DNA from: Alphaproteobacteria bacterium
GTDB taxonomy: Bacteria > Pseudomonadota > Alphaproteobacteria > UBA2966
Direction of reading: 5' to 3'
Assembly: GCA_964291395.2 (NCBI GenBank)
Contig: OZ219858.1
Coordinates: forward strand, 864,001-928,000
Length of the DNA: 64,000 nucleotides
The number at the start of each line of letters is the position of its first letter. Position 1 is the stretch's first letter. Under the pieces are notes generated by a model. It was not told the DNA's origin. It searched no databases and worked only from the letters and a program-made list of their open reading frames with translations. Position numbers and translations under genes: made by a program. Below, in pieces: positions 21,798 to 32,435 of this stretch.

Positions 21798-22625
21798 TTG
21801 GACCCGAACGAGTCTGAACGGATTCTGACCGAAGCGGGAACTGGTCCGGATTCGGGCGTCGATCTCGCTCTCACGGCCTTGGCGCTCGCCGCCATCGACC
21901 GCCCGAGAGTGTCGTCGGATCGTTACTGCCGGCACCTGGATGATCTTGCCAACGACACGGCACGCCACGCCCACGAGGCGGACGACGCAGGCAAGCGCGT
22001 CGCGGTCCTGGCGGAAGTCCTGGGGACCGAATACGGATACGAAGGCGACCGGGCGACTTACGACGATCTTCAGAACGCCAACCTCATGCGCGTGATCGAT
22101 CGGCGCCGCGGACTGCCGGTAGCACTCGGCATCCTCTATATCCATGCCGGGCGGGCCCAGGGGTGGCCGGTGGTCGGCATCAATTTTCCCGGCCATTTCC
22201 TCCTACGCATGGAAGGGGACGGCGAGCGCGTGATCCTGGATCCATTCGCCTCTGGGCGCAGACTCGAGGCGAACGACCTGCGGGAACTGTTCAAGCGGCT
22301 CGCGGGCAAGGATGCGGAACTCGAAAAGCGATTCTTCGATGCCGTCGGCAATCGTGAAATCCTGTTGCGGCTGCAAAACAACATCAAATCGCGCGCCCTC
22401 AGATCCGGAGATGTCATCCGTGCCGCGAACGTCCTGAGGTCGATGATCCGGGTCGCGCCGGAACATGTGAACGCCTGGTACGAACTCGGCTTGCTCGAAG
22501 CGCAGGCGGACAATCTCGGATCGGCCATCACGGCGCTAGAGACGTTCCTGGACAAGTCCACTCACGATGCCGCCAAGCACCATGCGGCGATGTTGATTCA
22601 GGAGCTCCACGCCAAGCTGAATTGA
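21798..22625 (+). CDS. SirB1/YchA transglutaminase-like + TPR protein
   Basis: VIDRRRGLPVALGILY, FPGHFLLR, DPF, LRLQNNIK. Confidence 0.87.
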   Translation: MDPNESERILTEAGTGPDSGVDLALTALALAAIDRPRVSSDRYCRHLDDLANDTARHAHEADDAGKRVAVLAEVLGTEYGYEGDRATYDDLQNANLMRVIDRRRGLPVALGILYIHAGRAQGWPVVGINFPGHFLLRMEGDGERVILDPFASGRRLEANDLRELFKRLAGKDAELEKRFFDAVGNREILLRLQNNIKSRALRSGDVIRAANVLRSMIRVAPEHVNAWYELGLLEAQADNLGSAITALETFLDKSTHDAAKHHAAMLIQELHAKLN

Positions 22626-22738
22626 GTGGTGCTGAAGGCTGGCGTATGGTCCGTCCGTGCGGAGACCAGCATCGGTGAGTGGGACGCTCTCCCGGTCGGC
22701 ACCGCTGTCAGCCCTCGACGTTCACGATGAGGTCACGG

Positions 22739-23704
22739 ATGAGCCTAGCCGTCGCAATTCAAATGGATCCCATGGATTCCATCGATATCGCTGCGGACAG
22801 CACCTTTGCGCTGGCGATGGAAGCCCAGAAACGCGGCCACGGGCTTTATCATTATCTGCCGCGCGACCTGAGTCTCAGGGAAGGCCGGGTGATCGCTACC
22901 ATTTCTCCGCTCACCGTCCGCCGCGAAGCTGGCGATCATTTCTCTCTGGGCGGCCCCGAATCCATTGATCTCGCGACCATGGACGTGGTGCTGATGCGCC
23001 AGGATCCCCCGTTCGACATGGCTTATATTTCGGCTACCCACCTCCTCGAGCACATCCATCCCACGACCCTGGTGGTCAACGATCCCGTGCACGTGCGCAA
23101 CGCCCCCGAAAAGCTGTTCGTCACGCACTTCGACGAGTTTATGCCGCCCACCCTGATCACGACGGACGCCGAGGAAATCCACGACTTTCGAAAGAAATAC
23201 GAGGATATCGTCGTCAAGCCGCTGTTCGGGAACGGAGGTTCCGGCGTCTTCCATGTCGGCCCGGGAGACGAGAACCTCAACGCGCTCCTTGAGATGTTCA
23301 CCGAATTCTACCGCGAGCCCATCATGGTGCAGAAGTATCTGCCGGCGGTTCGCGAAGGGGACAAGCGCATCATCCTCGTGGATGGAGAGGTCGTGGGCGG
23401 TGTGACCCGGGTTCCCAAGGACGGCGAGGCTCGCGCCAACCTGCACGTGGGCGCCCGGCCGGAGAAGACCTCGATTACGGCGCGGGAGCAGGAGATCTGC
23501 GACGCCATCGGGCCCAGCCTCCGGGAGAACGGCCTCGTCTTCGTGGGGATCGACGTGATCGGCGGATTTCTTACCGAAATCAACGTCACGTCACCCACCG
23601 GGATTCAGGAAATCGACCGGTTCGACGGTGTCAATCTGTCGGGTAAGATCTGGGATGCCATCGAAGAGCGCTATCGCATCGTGCCAAAGGTCACGAGAAC
23701 CTGA
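22739..23704 (+). CDS. gshB: Glutathione synthetase
   Basis: [28 protein letters not shown]. Confidence 0.97.
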   Translation: MSLAVAIQMDPMDSIDIAADSTFALAMEAQKRGHGLYHYLPRDLSLREGRVIATISPLTVRREAGDHFSLGGPESIDLATMDVVLMRQDPPFDMAYISATHLLEHIHPTTLVVNDPVHVRNAPEKLFVTHFDEFMPPTLITTDAEEIHDFRKKYEDIVVKPLFGNGGSGVFHVGPGDENLNALLEMFTEFYREPIMVQKYLPAVREGDKRIILVDGEVVGGVTRVPKDGEARANLHVGARPEKTSITAREQEICDAIGPSLRENGLVFVGIDVIGGFLTEINVTSPTGIQEIDRFDGVNLSGKIWDAIEERYRIVPKVTRT

Positions 23705-23753
23705 GCGCTTGATGCGGCGCGAGACTCGTTCGATCGAAATCGGCTGATCGGCT

Positions 23754-24209
23754 ATGGTGGTCGCCTCTGCGCTGCACGTGCTGGCTGCGGTGCTGTGGGT
23801 CGGCGGGTTCTTTTTCATCCTGGTCATTCTGCGACCCGCCTCGATTCGCATCGAGCCGCCCCAGCGATTCCGTCTCTTCGCCAAGGTGTTTCTCTGGTTC
23901 TTTCCCTGGGTTTGGGGAGCGATCATAGTGCTTCTCGTGACCGGATACTGGATGCTGTTGGGGGGCGGCGGCGGGTTCGTGGACGCGGATCTTCATGTCC
24001 ACGTCATGCAGGTGCTCGGCATCGCTATGATGCTGATCTTTGGGCACCTGTACCACGCGCCCTATAGGCGGTTTCGGGCGGCGGTCGAGCAGGAGGACTG
24101 GGCCAAGACCAATTACCAGGCGAATCGCATGCGCCGAGCGATTCGCTGGAATCTGGTGTTTGGCGTGATCGTCATCATCGTCGCATCGAGCGGTCGCCAC
24201 TGGGCCTGA
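23754..24209 (+). CDS. CopD/DUF4149-like 4-TM membrane protein
   Basis: LHVLAAVLWVGG.FF...LRPA; TGY.M. Confidence 0.75.
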   Translation: MVVASALHVLAAVLWVGGFFFILVILRPASIRIEPPQRFRLFAKVFLWFFPWVWGAIIVLLVTGYWMLLGGGGGFVDADLHVHVMQVLGIAMMLIFGHLYHAPYRRFRAAVEQEDWAKTNYQANRMRRAIRWNLVFGVIVIIVASSGRHWA

Positions 24210-24227
24210 CAATCCCGAGAATCACCG

Positions 24228-24482
24228 CGCTTCGCGGCGCGGCGCCGCCTCGGCGTCAACAAGTATCTGGCGGCGAAAACCGCCGGCAGTGCCCACGGCC
24301 CATGGCGGACCAGCAACAGCCCCGCGCTCTCCTACGCGCTGCCCAACGCCTTTTTCACCCGGCTTGGCCTCGCCTCTCTCGCGACTCATGCCGCAGCTTA
24401 AATCCGTCGAACCGCCGTGTACGGACCCGTATGCGCGGTGATGTGGGAGGGGTGGAGCCGTGAGGCTCCCCCCTATCCTGAT
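24228..24482 (+). mobile_element. 3' remnant of a class C (IIC) group II intron: maturase C-terminus plus domains V and VI
   Basis: Frame RFAARRRLGVNKYLAAKTAGSAHGPWRTSNSPALSYALPNAFFTRLGLASL...* (stop 24399-24401); DV GAACCGCCGTGTACGGACCCGTATGCGCGGTGATGTGGGAGG from 24409; DVI ending CCTATCCTGAT. Confidence 0.9.
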
Positions 24483-24728
24483 CGTGCGCCGATCAGCTCG
24501 CCGCCTTCGATTTCGTATCGGTTTCGTCGTACATCATCGCATTTCCTTCCTGAGCCTGGAGTTTGACGCGGCACGTGTGCGTGCCGCCCCGATAGGTCTT
24601 GCTTCAGGCACTCGCGCGACGCGACGATGATTCGGTGCGGAGACTGGACTATGCCCCCGTCGTCATACCGAAAATCGCCCTGATGGTTTCATTGACGAAC
24701 ATGCATTCGGGAGTCGAGGGGAACCCGC

Positions 24729-26246
24729 ATGGTTGCACGGGTGGGTACGGTAGCGTTCCAAGGCGTCGAGGTGCTCGACGTCGATGTGCAGGTACAAGTC
24801 GCCCGTGGCGTACCCGCCTTTCGCATCGTCGGGCTGCCTGACAAGGCCGTCGCGGAAAGTCGGGAGCGGGTGCGGGCGGCTTTGTCCGCCATGGGCTTGG
24901 CACTTCCGGCCAAACGCATCACCGTGAATCTCTCGCCGGCAGACCTGCTGAAGGAGGGCAGCCATTTCGATCTGCCAATCGCCCTCGGTCTGCTTACGGC
25001 CATGGACGTGATGCCGCCCGACACCTTGGACTCCCACGCGGCCCTCGGCGAACTGGCGCTGGACGGTGCGATCGCTCCCGTGGCCGGTGCCCTGCCGGCG
25101 GCCATTCACGCCGCGGCGGATGGTCGGGGCTTGGTCTGTCCGGCTCCCTGCGGCGGGGAGGCGGCGTGGGCGGGTGACGTCGATATCGTGGCTGCGCCGT
25201 CGCTGCTGGCGTTCGTCAACCACGTCAAGGGAACACAGGTCCTGCGCCGGCCCAAGCCGGTGGCGGCGGATGACGCCGCGGCGATTCCGGACCTCCGGGA
25301 TATCAAGGGCCAGGAAATCGCGAAGCGTGCCCTGGAGGTCGTGGCGGCGGGCGGTCACAACCTGCTGATGTGCGGACCGCCGGGTGCGGGCAAGTCGATG
25401 CTCGCGGCGAGATTGCCGGGCCTGTTGCCGGCGATGGACGCGCGCGAGATGCTCGAGGTCAGCGTCATCCAGTCGGTCGCCGGACTGCTCGCGGGCCGCG
25501 GTCTCACTAACCGGCGCCCGTACCGAGATCCCCATCACTCCGCCTCGTCGGCCGCCATGGTGGGGGGCGGTGTCCGGGCTCAGCCCGGGGAGGTCTCGCT
25601 CGCTCATAACGGTGTGCTCTTTCTGGACGAGCTGCCGGAGTTTCCGCGTGCCGTCCTCGAGTCGCTGCGCCAGCCGCTGGAAGTCGGACGGGTCACCGTG
25701 GCGCGCGCGAACGGCCATGTCACCTATCCCGCGCGGGTCCAGCTCGTCGCCGCCATGAATCCCTGCAAGTGTGGCTATTTCGGTGATCTGGCACAGGGAT
25801 GTTCTAGGGCCCCCGTTTGCGCCCGCGACTACCAGGCAAGGCTGTCGGGTCCGCTCTTGGATCGGATCGATCTGCAGATCGAGGTGCCGGCGGTCGAAGC
25901 CGCAGACCTCTTGCTCCCGCCTCCTGCCGAGGGAACGGATGAAGTCGCCGCGCGGGTGGCCACGGCCCGTGAGATCCAGCAGAGTCGCTTCGCGGACCTG
26001 TCGGCGGGCGCGATACGCACCAATGCGGGGATGGACGGTGAATTGCTGGAACGCGTCGCCGCGCCCGATGCCTCTGGCGCGCGGCTGTTGGCCGAAGCGG
26101 CGGAGCGCCTGCGCCTCACGGCCCGGGGCTATCACCGGGTGCTACGCGTCGCCCGCACCCTGGCTGACCTCGATGGTGCCGACGGCGTCAGACGGCTCCA
26201 CGTCGCCGAAGCGCTGAGCTATCGGCGGATCTCGGGATTTGCATAA
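24729..26246 (+). CDS. comM: YifB/ComM Mg-chelatase-like AAA ATPase
   Basis: VGLPDKAV.ESRER, KEGSHFDLPIA, GPPGAGKS, LAHNGVLFLDE, SGPLLDRID. Confidence 0.93.
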   Translation: MVARVGTVAFQGVEVLDVDVQVQVARGVPAFRIVGLPDKAVAESRERVRAALSAMGLALPAKRITVNLSPADLLKEGSHFDLPIALGLLTAMDVMPPDTLDSHAALGELALDGAIAPVAGALPAAIHAAADGRGLVCPAPCGGEAAWAGDVDIVAAPSLLAFVNHVKGTQVLRRPKPVAADDAAAIPDLRDIKGQEIAKRALEVVAAGGHNLLMCGPPGAGKSMLAARLPGLLPAMDAREMLEVSVIQSVAGLLAGRGLTNRRPYRDPHHSASSAAMVGGGVRAQPGEVSLAHNGVLFLDELPEFPRAVLESLRQPLEVGRVTVARANGHVTYPARVQLVAAMNPCKCGYFGDLAQGCSRAPVCARDYQARLSGPLLDRIDLQIEVPAVEAADLLLPPPAEGTDEVAARVATAREIQQSRFADLSAGAIRTNAGMDGELLERVAAPDASGARLLAEAAERLRLTARGYHRVLRVARTLADLDGADGVRRLHVAEALSYRRISGFA

Positions 26247-26362
26247 CTTTCAATTTGACCGCGCTCCAGCGGCCCGCAGCCAACGCCGCCTTCCGGTCCC
26301 CGAATAGTGTGAGAATTGTGCGAATTGGAGGTAGTATTCCTCAGGGGTTATGGAGAAATTCG

Positions 26363-26869
26363 ATGTCCTGCACGCTCGAAGCGTTCGCCGCCGACTGCAA
26401 GGCCAAGCTAATCGCGGAACCCGGTCCCGAGGGCCGGGAAAAGATCCGCGAAATGCTGGAACGTGTCTTGGCGGACGATGAATTCATGCGCACGCACTTC
26501 GGAACCGACCGGGACTCCGAACGCAATGTACTCTACCGGGATCCAGAGCTCGGTTTTTGCATCGTCGCGCACACCTATACGGAAGGCATTGCGGCGAGTC
26601 CGCACCATCACGGGCCGGCTTGGGCCATCTACGGCCAAGCGGAAGGGATCACGGAGATGACGGACTGGAGGCTCGTGCAGGAACCGGTGGATGGCAAAGC
26701 CGGAAAGGTCGCGGCGGAGCGGACCTATACGCTCAACCCCGGTGACGCCAAGGTCTACAACGAGGGTGACATCCACTCGCCGCAGTGGGAGGGACTGACC
26801 CGTCTGTTGCGGATCGAGGGTCAGGACATGACCACGGTCCGCCGCGATCCTCTGGAACCGATAGCCTGA
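26363..26869 (+). CDS. Cupin, cysteine-dioxygenase-like metal-dependent protein
   Basis: GGAG RBS; SPHHHG..WAIYG...G...M and GDIHS motifs. Confidence 0.7.
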   Translation: MSCTLEAFAADCKAKLIAEPGPEGREKIREMLERVLADDEFMRTHFGTDRDSERNVLYRDPELGFCIVAHTYTEGIAASPHHHGPAWAIYGQAEGITEMTDWRLVQEPVDGKAGKVAAERTYTLNPGDAKVYNEGDIHSPQWEGLTRLLRIEGQDMTTVRRDPLEPIA

Positions 26870-27013
26870 CTCGGGTTTCTGAGGGCGAACGATCCGCCGA
26901 TGATCGCCCCGTCTTGACTCCAGAGCGCCGGCTGTCGCGTGGGCGCATCGCCTCGCGCACGGTTCGTTGAGCGCGCTGGTTCAGCGCCGTTCCCATGGGT
27001 ATGCTTTGGGCTG

Positions 27014-28387
27014 ATGCAGTCCTGGCTCGCCGCCGCCGCCGTCTATCGGCATCCTCGAGTTGTTGCGATCCTGTTCCTTGGGTTCTCGAGCGGGCTGCCG
27101 CTGGCGCTGACGGGCCAGACGTTGTCTCTGTGGCTCAAGGACGAAGGGCTCTCGCTCACGGCCATCGGGCTGTTCGCGGCGGCCGGTACACCCTACGCGC
27201 TCAAGTTTCTCTGGGCGCCCGTGATGGACAAGGCACGTCTTCCGGGCCTCACCGTGCTGCTCGGCCGCCGCCGCTCCTGGTTGATCGTCACCCAGTTCAC
27301 CCTGATTGCCGTGACGCTCGCGCTCGGCTTCAGTGGTCCCGCGACGAACGTGGGCCTCACCGCCGTCCTGGCGCTGGCGGTGGCGTTCGCTTCGGCGAGT
27401 CAGGATATCGTCATCGACGCTTATCGGGTCGAAATCCTTGAGGAACATCAGTTCGCCGCCGGTGCTGCCGCCATAGTGTTCGGCTATCGCATCGGCATGC
27501 TCGTGTCCGGGGCAGGTGCTCTTTATCTAGCCAGCGCCGTCGCGTGGCCCGTGGTCTACGCGGCGATGGCCGTCCTGATTCTCGTGGGGGTCGCTACGGC
27601 GCTGCTCAATCCCGAGCCGGCCGTGCGGACAACACCCGAATCCCTCGCGCGGGAGGCGGAGGTCGGCGCATGGCTTGCCGACCAGCCTAACCTGTCGGGG
27701 CGGCTGGGTGCCGCCCTCGGCTGGCTCTACGTTGCGGTCATCTGCCCGTTCTCCGAGTTCATGGCCCGTCCGGCGTGGATCGCGATCCTCCTGTTCGTGG
27801 TGTTCTACAAGTTCGGCGATTCACTGGCCGGCGTAATGACCTTTCCCTTTCTCGACGACGTAGGATTTACGAAGATCGACATCGCCAATGTGGCGAAGGT
27901 GTTCGGCTTCGCGGCGACGCTCGCAGGCCTGGCTCTCGGCGGCGCCCTCATGGCGGGCGCTGGCCTATACAGAAGCCTGTGGATCTGCGGCGTTCTGCAA
28001 TTGGCGTCGAATCTGATGTTCGCGGTGCAGGCGATGGTGGGCGCCGATCTGACGCTGCTGGCGGTTACCATCGGCCTCGAGAATCTTGCCGGCGGCATGG
28101 GGACGGCCGTGTTCGTCGCCTACCTTTCGTCATTGTGCAATGTCGCCTACACCGCGACGCAGTACGCGCTGCTCTCCTCCTTCATGGTGGTCGCCCGCAC
28201 GTGGCTGTCCTCGTCGGGGGGCGCGCTGGCCGAGTGGCTCGACTGGGTCGGCTTCTTCGTTCTCACGACCGGGGCGGCCGTCCCCGGCTTGATCCTGTTG
28301 TGGTGGCTTGGCCGGACGGGAATGCGGACGCGACCGGGGCCTCGAGGCGATGCCGAGGCGACGGGGGCGGCGGAACCGGGAAACTAG
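27014..28387 (+). CDS. ampG: AmpG-family muropeptide MFS permease
   Basis: LGFSSGLP, KFLWAP, ASQDIVIDAYRVE, YTATQYALLSS. Confidence 0.93.
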   Translation: MQSWLAAAAVYRHPRVVAILFLGFSSGLPLALTGQTLSLWLKDEGLSLTAIGLFAAAGTPYALKFLWAPVMDKARLPGLTVLLGRRRSWLIVTQFTLIAVTLALGFSGPATNVGLTAVLALAVAFASASQDIVIDAYRVEILEEHQFAAGAAAIVFGYRIGMLVSGAGALYLASAVAWPVVYAAMAVLILVGVATALLNPEPAVRTTPESLAREAEVGAWLADQPNLSGRLGAALGWLYVAVICPFSEFMARPAWIAILLFVVFYKFGDSLAGVMTFPFLDDVGFTKIDIANVAKVFGFAATLAGLALGGALMAGAGLYRSLWICGVLQLASNLMFAVQAMVGADLTLLAVTIGLENLAGGMGTAVFVAYLSSLCNVAYTATQYALLSSFMVVARTWLSSSGGALAEWLDWVGFFVLTTGAAVPGLILLWWLGRTGMRTRPGPRGDAEATGAAEPGN

Positions 28388-28442
28388 AGCGGTTACGGCG
28401 AAACCGGAAACAATTCGGCATTCCTTGCCGCTCGCGGCGAGG
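28385..28442 (+). repeat. Copy B of the TAG-anchored palindromic repeat
   Basis: TAGAGCGGTT...CCGGAA...CGGCATTCCTTGCCGCTCGC starting at the ampG stop; 20-bp identity with copy C. Confidence 0.75.
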
Positions 28443-28579
28443 AATCGGTTGTGTCCTCTCATTACCGGTTTGATGGTCAAGATTGCCGCCTCGTTCTTCG
28501 CGGGCCCGTTCTTCACGTGACTCGATGGCGGCGCTACCCTTCATCATCCATGACAGGAACCCCGTACGGAGAAGACGCC

Positions 28580-29101
28580 ATGCGCGAGCGAATAGAGATA
28601 TTCGAGGGCGATATCACCACGTTGTCGGTCGATGCCATCGTCAACGCGGCGAACAATGCGCTGTTGGGGGGCGGCGGTGTGGACGGCGCAATCCACCGGG
28701 CTGCGGGACCCCGTCTCCTGGAGGAATGCCGTACTCTCGGTGGCTGTGAGACGGGAGGTGCCAAGATCACCGGCGGCTATGATCTGCCGGCGAAGTACGT
28801 GATTCATACCGTCGGGCCGGTGTGGCGGGGGGGTGGCCAGGGGGAACCGGGCCTGCTGGCGAGCTGTTATCGCCGCTGCTTCGAGATCGTCGACGACGAG
28901 GGAATTACGTCGATCGCGTTTCCCGCCATCAGCGCGGGCGTGTACGGCTACCCGCTGGAACAGGCCACCCGTATCGCCGTCATCGAAACCAAAAACCATC
29001 TCGAGCGGGGAAGTCCCCTTGCCAAGGTCACGTTTGCGTGTTTCGGTGCGGAGGCGAGGGATGTGTATACAGCAGTGGTCGGTGACATCGTTGCGGGTTG
29101 A
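28580..29101 (+). CDS. Macrodomain O-acetyl-ADP-ribose deacetylase (YmdB-like)
   Basis: [44 protein letters not shown]. Confidence 0.93.
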   Translation: MRERIEIFEGDITTLSVDAIVNAANNALLGGGGVDGAIHRAAGPRLLEECRTLGGCETGGAKITGGYDLPAKYVIHTVGPVWRGGGQGEPGLLASCYRRCFEIVDDEGITSIAFPAISAGVYGYPLEQATRIAVIETKNHLERGSPLAKVTFACFGAEARDVYTAVVGDIVAG

Positions 29102-29176
29102 TGATCACGTGAATTGACCGCTGGCCGTGGCCTCGCATACAGTCGACTCGATACCCCCTACTCTTGGAGGCGGAAC

Positions 29177-29395
29177 ATGAAGAGACTGGCCATTCTCGCG
29201 ATCGCGGCGGGCGCGTTTGCTCTTTCCGTGCCGGCGTCCGCCGAGGGCTTGGGCGGCTGTAGTTACGGGTACACCAAAACCCAGACCGTGAAGATCCAGG
29301 ACGGCGCGCATTCCGTGAAGTCCACGGTACCGACCAAGGAAGCCAAGGCAGCGGCTCAGAGGGCGTTGAAGTCCGATACCGACGAGCAGAGCTGA
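29177..29395 (+). CDS. Small secreted hypothetical protein (72 aa)
   Basis: GGAGG RBS; signal peptide MKRLAILAIAAGAFALSVPASA. Confidence 0.7.
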   Translation: MKRLAILAIAAGAFALSVPASAEGLGGCSYGYTKTQTVKIQDGAHSVKSTVPTKEAKAAAQRALKSDTDEQS

Positions 29396-29574
29396 CGCCT
29401 CGGCTGATTTTGAGTAAGGGCCGCGGTCCTTGAGGGCCGCAGCGAGTGGGTCGCTTTCAGAGGATTGCCGGCAACTGCGGGCGCGGAATCCGTTTGCCTG
29501 ATCGGTACCCCGATTTCATGCAATTGTTGCCTCTTGGTAACGCGAACGACGCACAGTTCTGATTCATTTCCCGC

Positions 29575-30423
29575 GTGACCGACGTTCTCACAGCGCCGGA
29601 AAAAACATCGCCGGAGTGCGCTTTCAGGGAGTCTCAGGGATTTTCTCCCGCCGCATCGGGCAGTTTGGAGGTCCGCTTCGCCCAGGACCGGGATGAGGTC
29701 GCTGCCGCACAGGCGCTTCGGTTCCGCGTATTCTACGAAGAGATGGATGCCCACCCCGATCCGGTCGCGCGGGTAACTCGCCGGGACGTGGATCCGTTCG
29801 ACGAGGTCTGTGACCACCTGTTGGTCGTCGATCACGACCTGCCGGCCTCCGACGCCGTCGTCGGAACCTATCGGTTGCTCCGGGAGGATGTCGCGGCCCG
29901 TCGCGGCGGCTTCTATTCGGCGGCCGAATATGATCTGAGTCCGCTGACGGACGGGCCGTCGCGGCGCGGCAGTTTTCTGGAGCTCGGGCGCAGTTGCGTG
30001 CACCCCGCCTATCGCACGAACGCGACGATCCAGCTCCTCTGGCGTGGCATAGCCCGGTACCTGGACGTCTACGGCATCGCGGTCATGTTCGGCTGCGCCA
30101 GCTTTCCGGGAACGTGCCCGGAGGAACACCAGGTTGCCTTGAGCTATCTCCACGGTAATCACCTGGCGCCGGTCGATTGCCGTGTGCGGGCCCGTGCTGG
30201 CCGGTTCGTGGCGATGGACGCGAGCCTGCCCGACGCATACGCCCTTCGCAAGGCTCTCCGCAGGCTGCCGCCTCTCATCAGGGCCTATCTCCGCCTCGGA
30301 GCCTTCGTCGGTGACGGCGCCGTGGTCGACCATGCCTTCGGGACGACCGACGTCTTTATTCTTCTGTTCGTGGATCGGATCGCGCCGCGCTACCTCAATC
30401 GCTTCGACCGGCACCCGGCCTAG
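29575..30423 (+). CDS. OlsB-like GNAT acyltransferase (ornithine lipid synthesis)
   Basis: AQALRFRVFYEE, D.FD..CDHLLV, VVGTYRL, ELGRSCV, PPLIRAYLRLGA. Confidence 0.87.
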   Translation: MTDVLTAPEKTSPECAFRESQGFSPAASGSLEVRFAQDRDEVAAAQALRFRVFYEEMDAHPDPVARVTRRDVDPFDEVCDHLLVVDHDLPASDAVVGTYRLLREDVAARRGGFYSAAEYDLSPLTDGPSRRGSFLELGRSCVHPAYRTNATIQLLWRGIARYLDVYGIAVMFGCASFPGTCPEEHQVALSYLHGNHLAPVDCRVRARAGRFVAMDASLPDAYALRKALRRLPPLIRAYLRLGAFVGDGAVVDHAFGTTDVFILLFVDRIAPRYLNRFDRHPA

Positions 30424-30516
30424 CGGACTGTTGGGCAAGTGAACGAGGTTGAAGGCCACGATAGCCGAGATGAAGGACGCATCCACCCGTCGTCGCCCCG
30501 GCCATACAGGCCGCGA

Positions 30517-30587
30517 CGTGGCCTGCCGGTCCGCTGCAGCGAGCGGCAAGGAATGCCGGAGCGGTTCCGGTCAAACGAACCGCTCTA
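30517..30587 (-). repeat. Copy C of the TAG-anchored palindromic repeat
   Basis: Minus strand TAGAGCGGTTCGTTTGACCGGAACCGCTCCGGCATTCCTTGCCGCTCGC...GCGGACCGGCAGGCCACG from the ettA stop. Confidence 0.8.
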
Positions 30588-32267
30588 TGTCCGGTGCAGG
30601 GGCTTGTACTTGATGCGATGCGGCTGGTCGGCCTGATCGCCGAGCCGTTTGCGGCGGTCTTCTTCGTACGCCTCGTAGTTGCCCTCGAACCATTCAACGT
30701 GGCTGTCGCCCTCAAAAGCCAGAATGTGGGTGGCCGTTCGGTCCAGGAACCAGCGATCATGGCTGATTACCATGGCGCAACCCGCGAATTCCAGGAGGGC
30801 CTCCTCCAACGCCCGCAGTGTGTCGACATCGAGATCGTTGGTTGGCTCGTCCAATAAAATGAAGTTCGCTCCCGACTTGAGGATTTTCGCGAGATGGACC
30901 CGGTTGCGTTCGCCGCCCGAGAGCTGACCCACCTTCTTCTGCTGGTCGGTGCCGCGGAAATTGAAGGCTCCGACGTAGGCACGACTCGCCATTTTCCGTT
31001 TTCCGAGTTCGAGCTCGTGGAGCCCGCCGGATATCTCCTCCCAAACCGTGTGATTGGGCTCGAGCACGTCGCGACACTGATCGACGTAACCCAGCGCTAC
31101 CGAGTCGCCCAGGCGCAGGTTGCCGGAGTCCGCGGTTTCATCGCCGGTAATCATACGGAACAAGGTGGTTTTGCCGGCTCCGTTCGACCCGATGAGTCCC
31201 ACGATGGCCCCCGGGGGAACGCGAAAGGAGAGGTCGTCGATCAAAAGGCGGTCGTCGAAGCCCTTGGAGATGCCTTCGGCATCCAGGACGAGATCGCCAA
31301 GGCGAGGACCGGCGGGAATCATGATCTGGGCCTTTTCACGGGACTTTTCGAATTCTTCGGAATGCAAGGCCTCGTAGGCATTGATCCGCGCCTTACTCTT
31401 CGCCTGGCGCGCCCGGGGCGCCTGGCGGATCCAATCGAGCTCACGCGCGAGCGTACGCTGGCGTGCCTCCTCCTGTTTGCCTTCGCGCTCGAGACGCGCC
31501 TGCTTCTGTTCGAGCCATGACGAGTAGTTGCCCTTGAAGGGCAAACCGTGACCTCGGTCCAGTTCCAGGATCCAGCCGGCGACATTATCGAGGAAATAGC
31601 GATCGTGGGTGACGGCGACGACCGTGCCTGGATAGTCGTGGAGAAAGCGTTCGAGCCAAGCTACCGACTCTGCATCCAAATGATTCGTTGGCTCGTCCAG
31701 AAGCAGCAAGTCGGGGTGCGACAGCAAGAGACGGCATAGCGCTACCCGCCGCCGCTCGCCGCCGGAGAGCGTCGAAACGTGGGCATCTCCGGGCGGACAG
31801 CGAAGTGCGTCCATGGCAATGTCGATATGGCGGTCGAGTTCCCAGGCGTCCGCGACATCGATCTGTTCCTGTAATGCGCCCTGTTCCTCGATCAGAGCCT
31901 GCATCTCGTCGTCGTCGAGGGGTTCGGCGAATCGCGCGCTGACCTCTTCAAATTGATCGAGCAGCCCCTTGATCTCCGCCACGCCTTCCATGATGTTGCC
32001 AAGTACGTCCTTCGTTGCGTCGAGTTCCGGTTCCTGAGGCAGATATCCCACCTTCGCGCCTTCCGCGGCCCAAGCTTCACCTGCGAACTCGGTCTCAACT
32101 CCGGCCATGATGCGTAGCAGGGTGGATTTTCCCGCGCCGTTGTATCCCAGGACACCGATTTTGGCGCCGGGGAGAAACGACAAACGGATGTTCTTGAGGA
32201 TCTCACGACCTCCCGGATAGGACTTCGTTAGGCCGTTCATCGTGTAGATGTATTGGTAGGAGGCCAT
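30585..32267 (-). CDS. ettA: Energy-dependent translational throttle ABC-F protein
   Basis: [10 protein letters not shown] start, two ABC cassettes, [10 protein letters not shown] linker. Confidence 0.96.
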   Translation of the reverse strand: MASYQYIYTMNGLTKSYPGGREILKNIRLSFLPGAKIGVLGYNGAGKSTLLRIMAGVETEFAGEAWAAEGAKVGYLPQEPELDATKDVLGNIMEGVAEIKGLLDQFEEVSARFAEPLDDDEMQALIEEQGALQEQIDVADAWELDRHIDIAMDALRCPPGDAHVSTLSGGERRRVALCRLLLSHPDLLLLDEPTNHLDAESVAWLERFLHDYPGTVVAVTHDRYFLDNVAGWILELDRGHGLPFKGNYSSWLEQKQARLEREGKQEEARQRTLARELDWIRQAPRARQAKSKARINAYEALHSEEFEKSREKAQIMIPAGPRLGDLVLDAEGISKGFDDRLLIDDLSFRVPPGAIVGLIGSNGAGKTTLFRMITGDETADSGNLRLGDSVALGYVDQCRDVLEPNHTVWEEISGGLHELELGKRKMASRAYVGAFNFRGTDQQKKVGQLSGGERNRVHLAKILKSGANFILLDEPTNDLDVDTLRALEEALLEFAGCAMVISHDRWFLDRTATHILAFEGDSHVEWFEGNYEAYEEDRRKRLGDQADQPHRIKYKPLHRT

Positions 32268-32435
32268 GTATTTTCCCGAGGCGATCAGCTGTTGGGGACG
32301 CCACCCGTCCAGGTTTTTAAGCAATCGTCTTTGCGCCCGCAATGAACTGCACCTGGGTTCGGCAAGGAACTCGATGTAGTGTCCCGAGACCATTCCCGTC
32401 ACGGCAGCCTCTGACTCTCCCACGGATCGATCCTC

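Noticed and set aside
24568-24587. Palindrome GCGGCACG-TGTG-CGTGCCGC after TTGAC upstream of comM
   Set aside because: Single GC-rich hairpin with no U-tract or second copy; cannot be told from chance
28580-29101. Macrodomain as a DarG-type antitoxin or defence gene
   Set aside because: Stand-alone YmdB-like protein with no ADP-ribosyltransferase partner nearby
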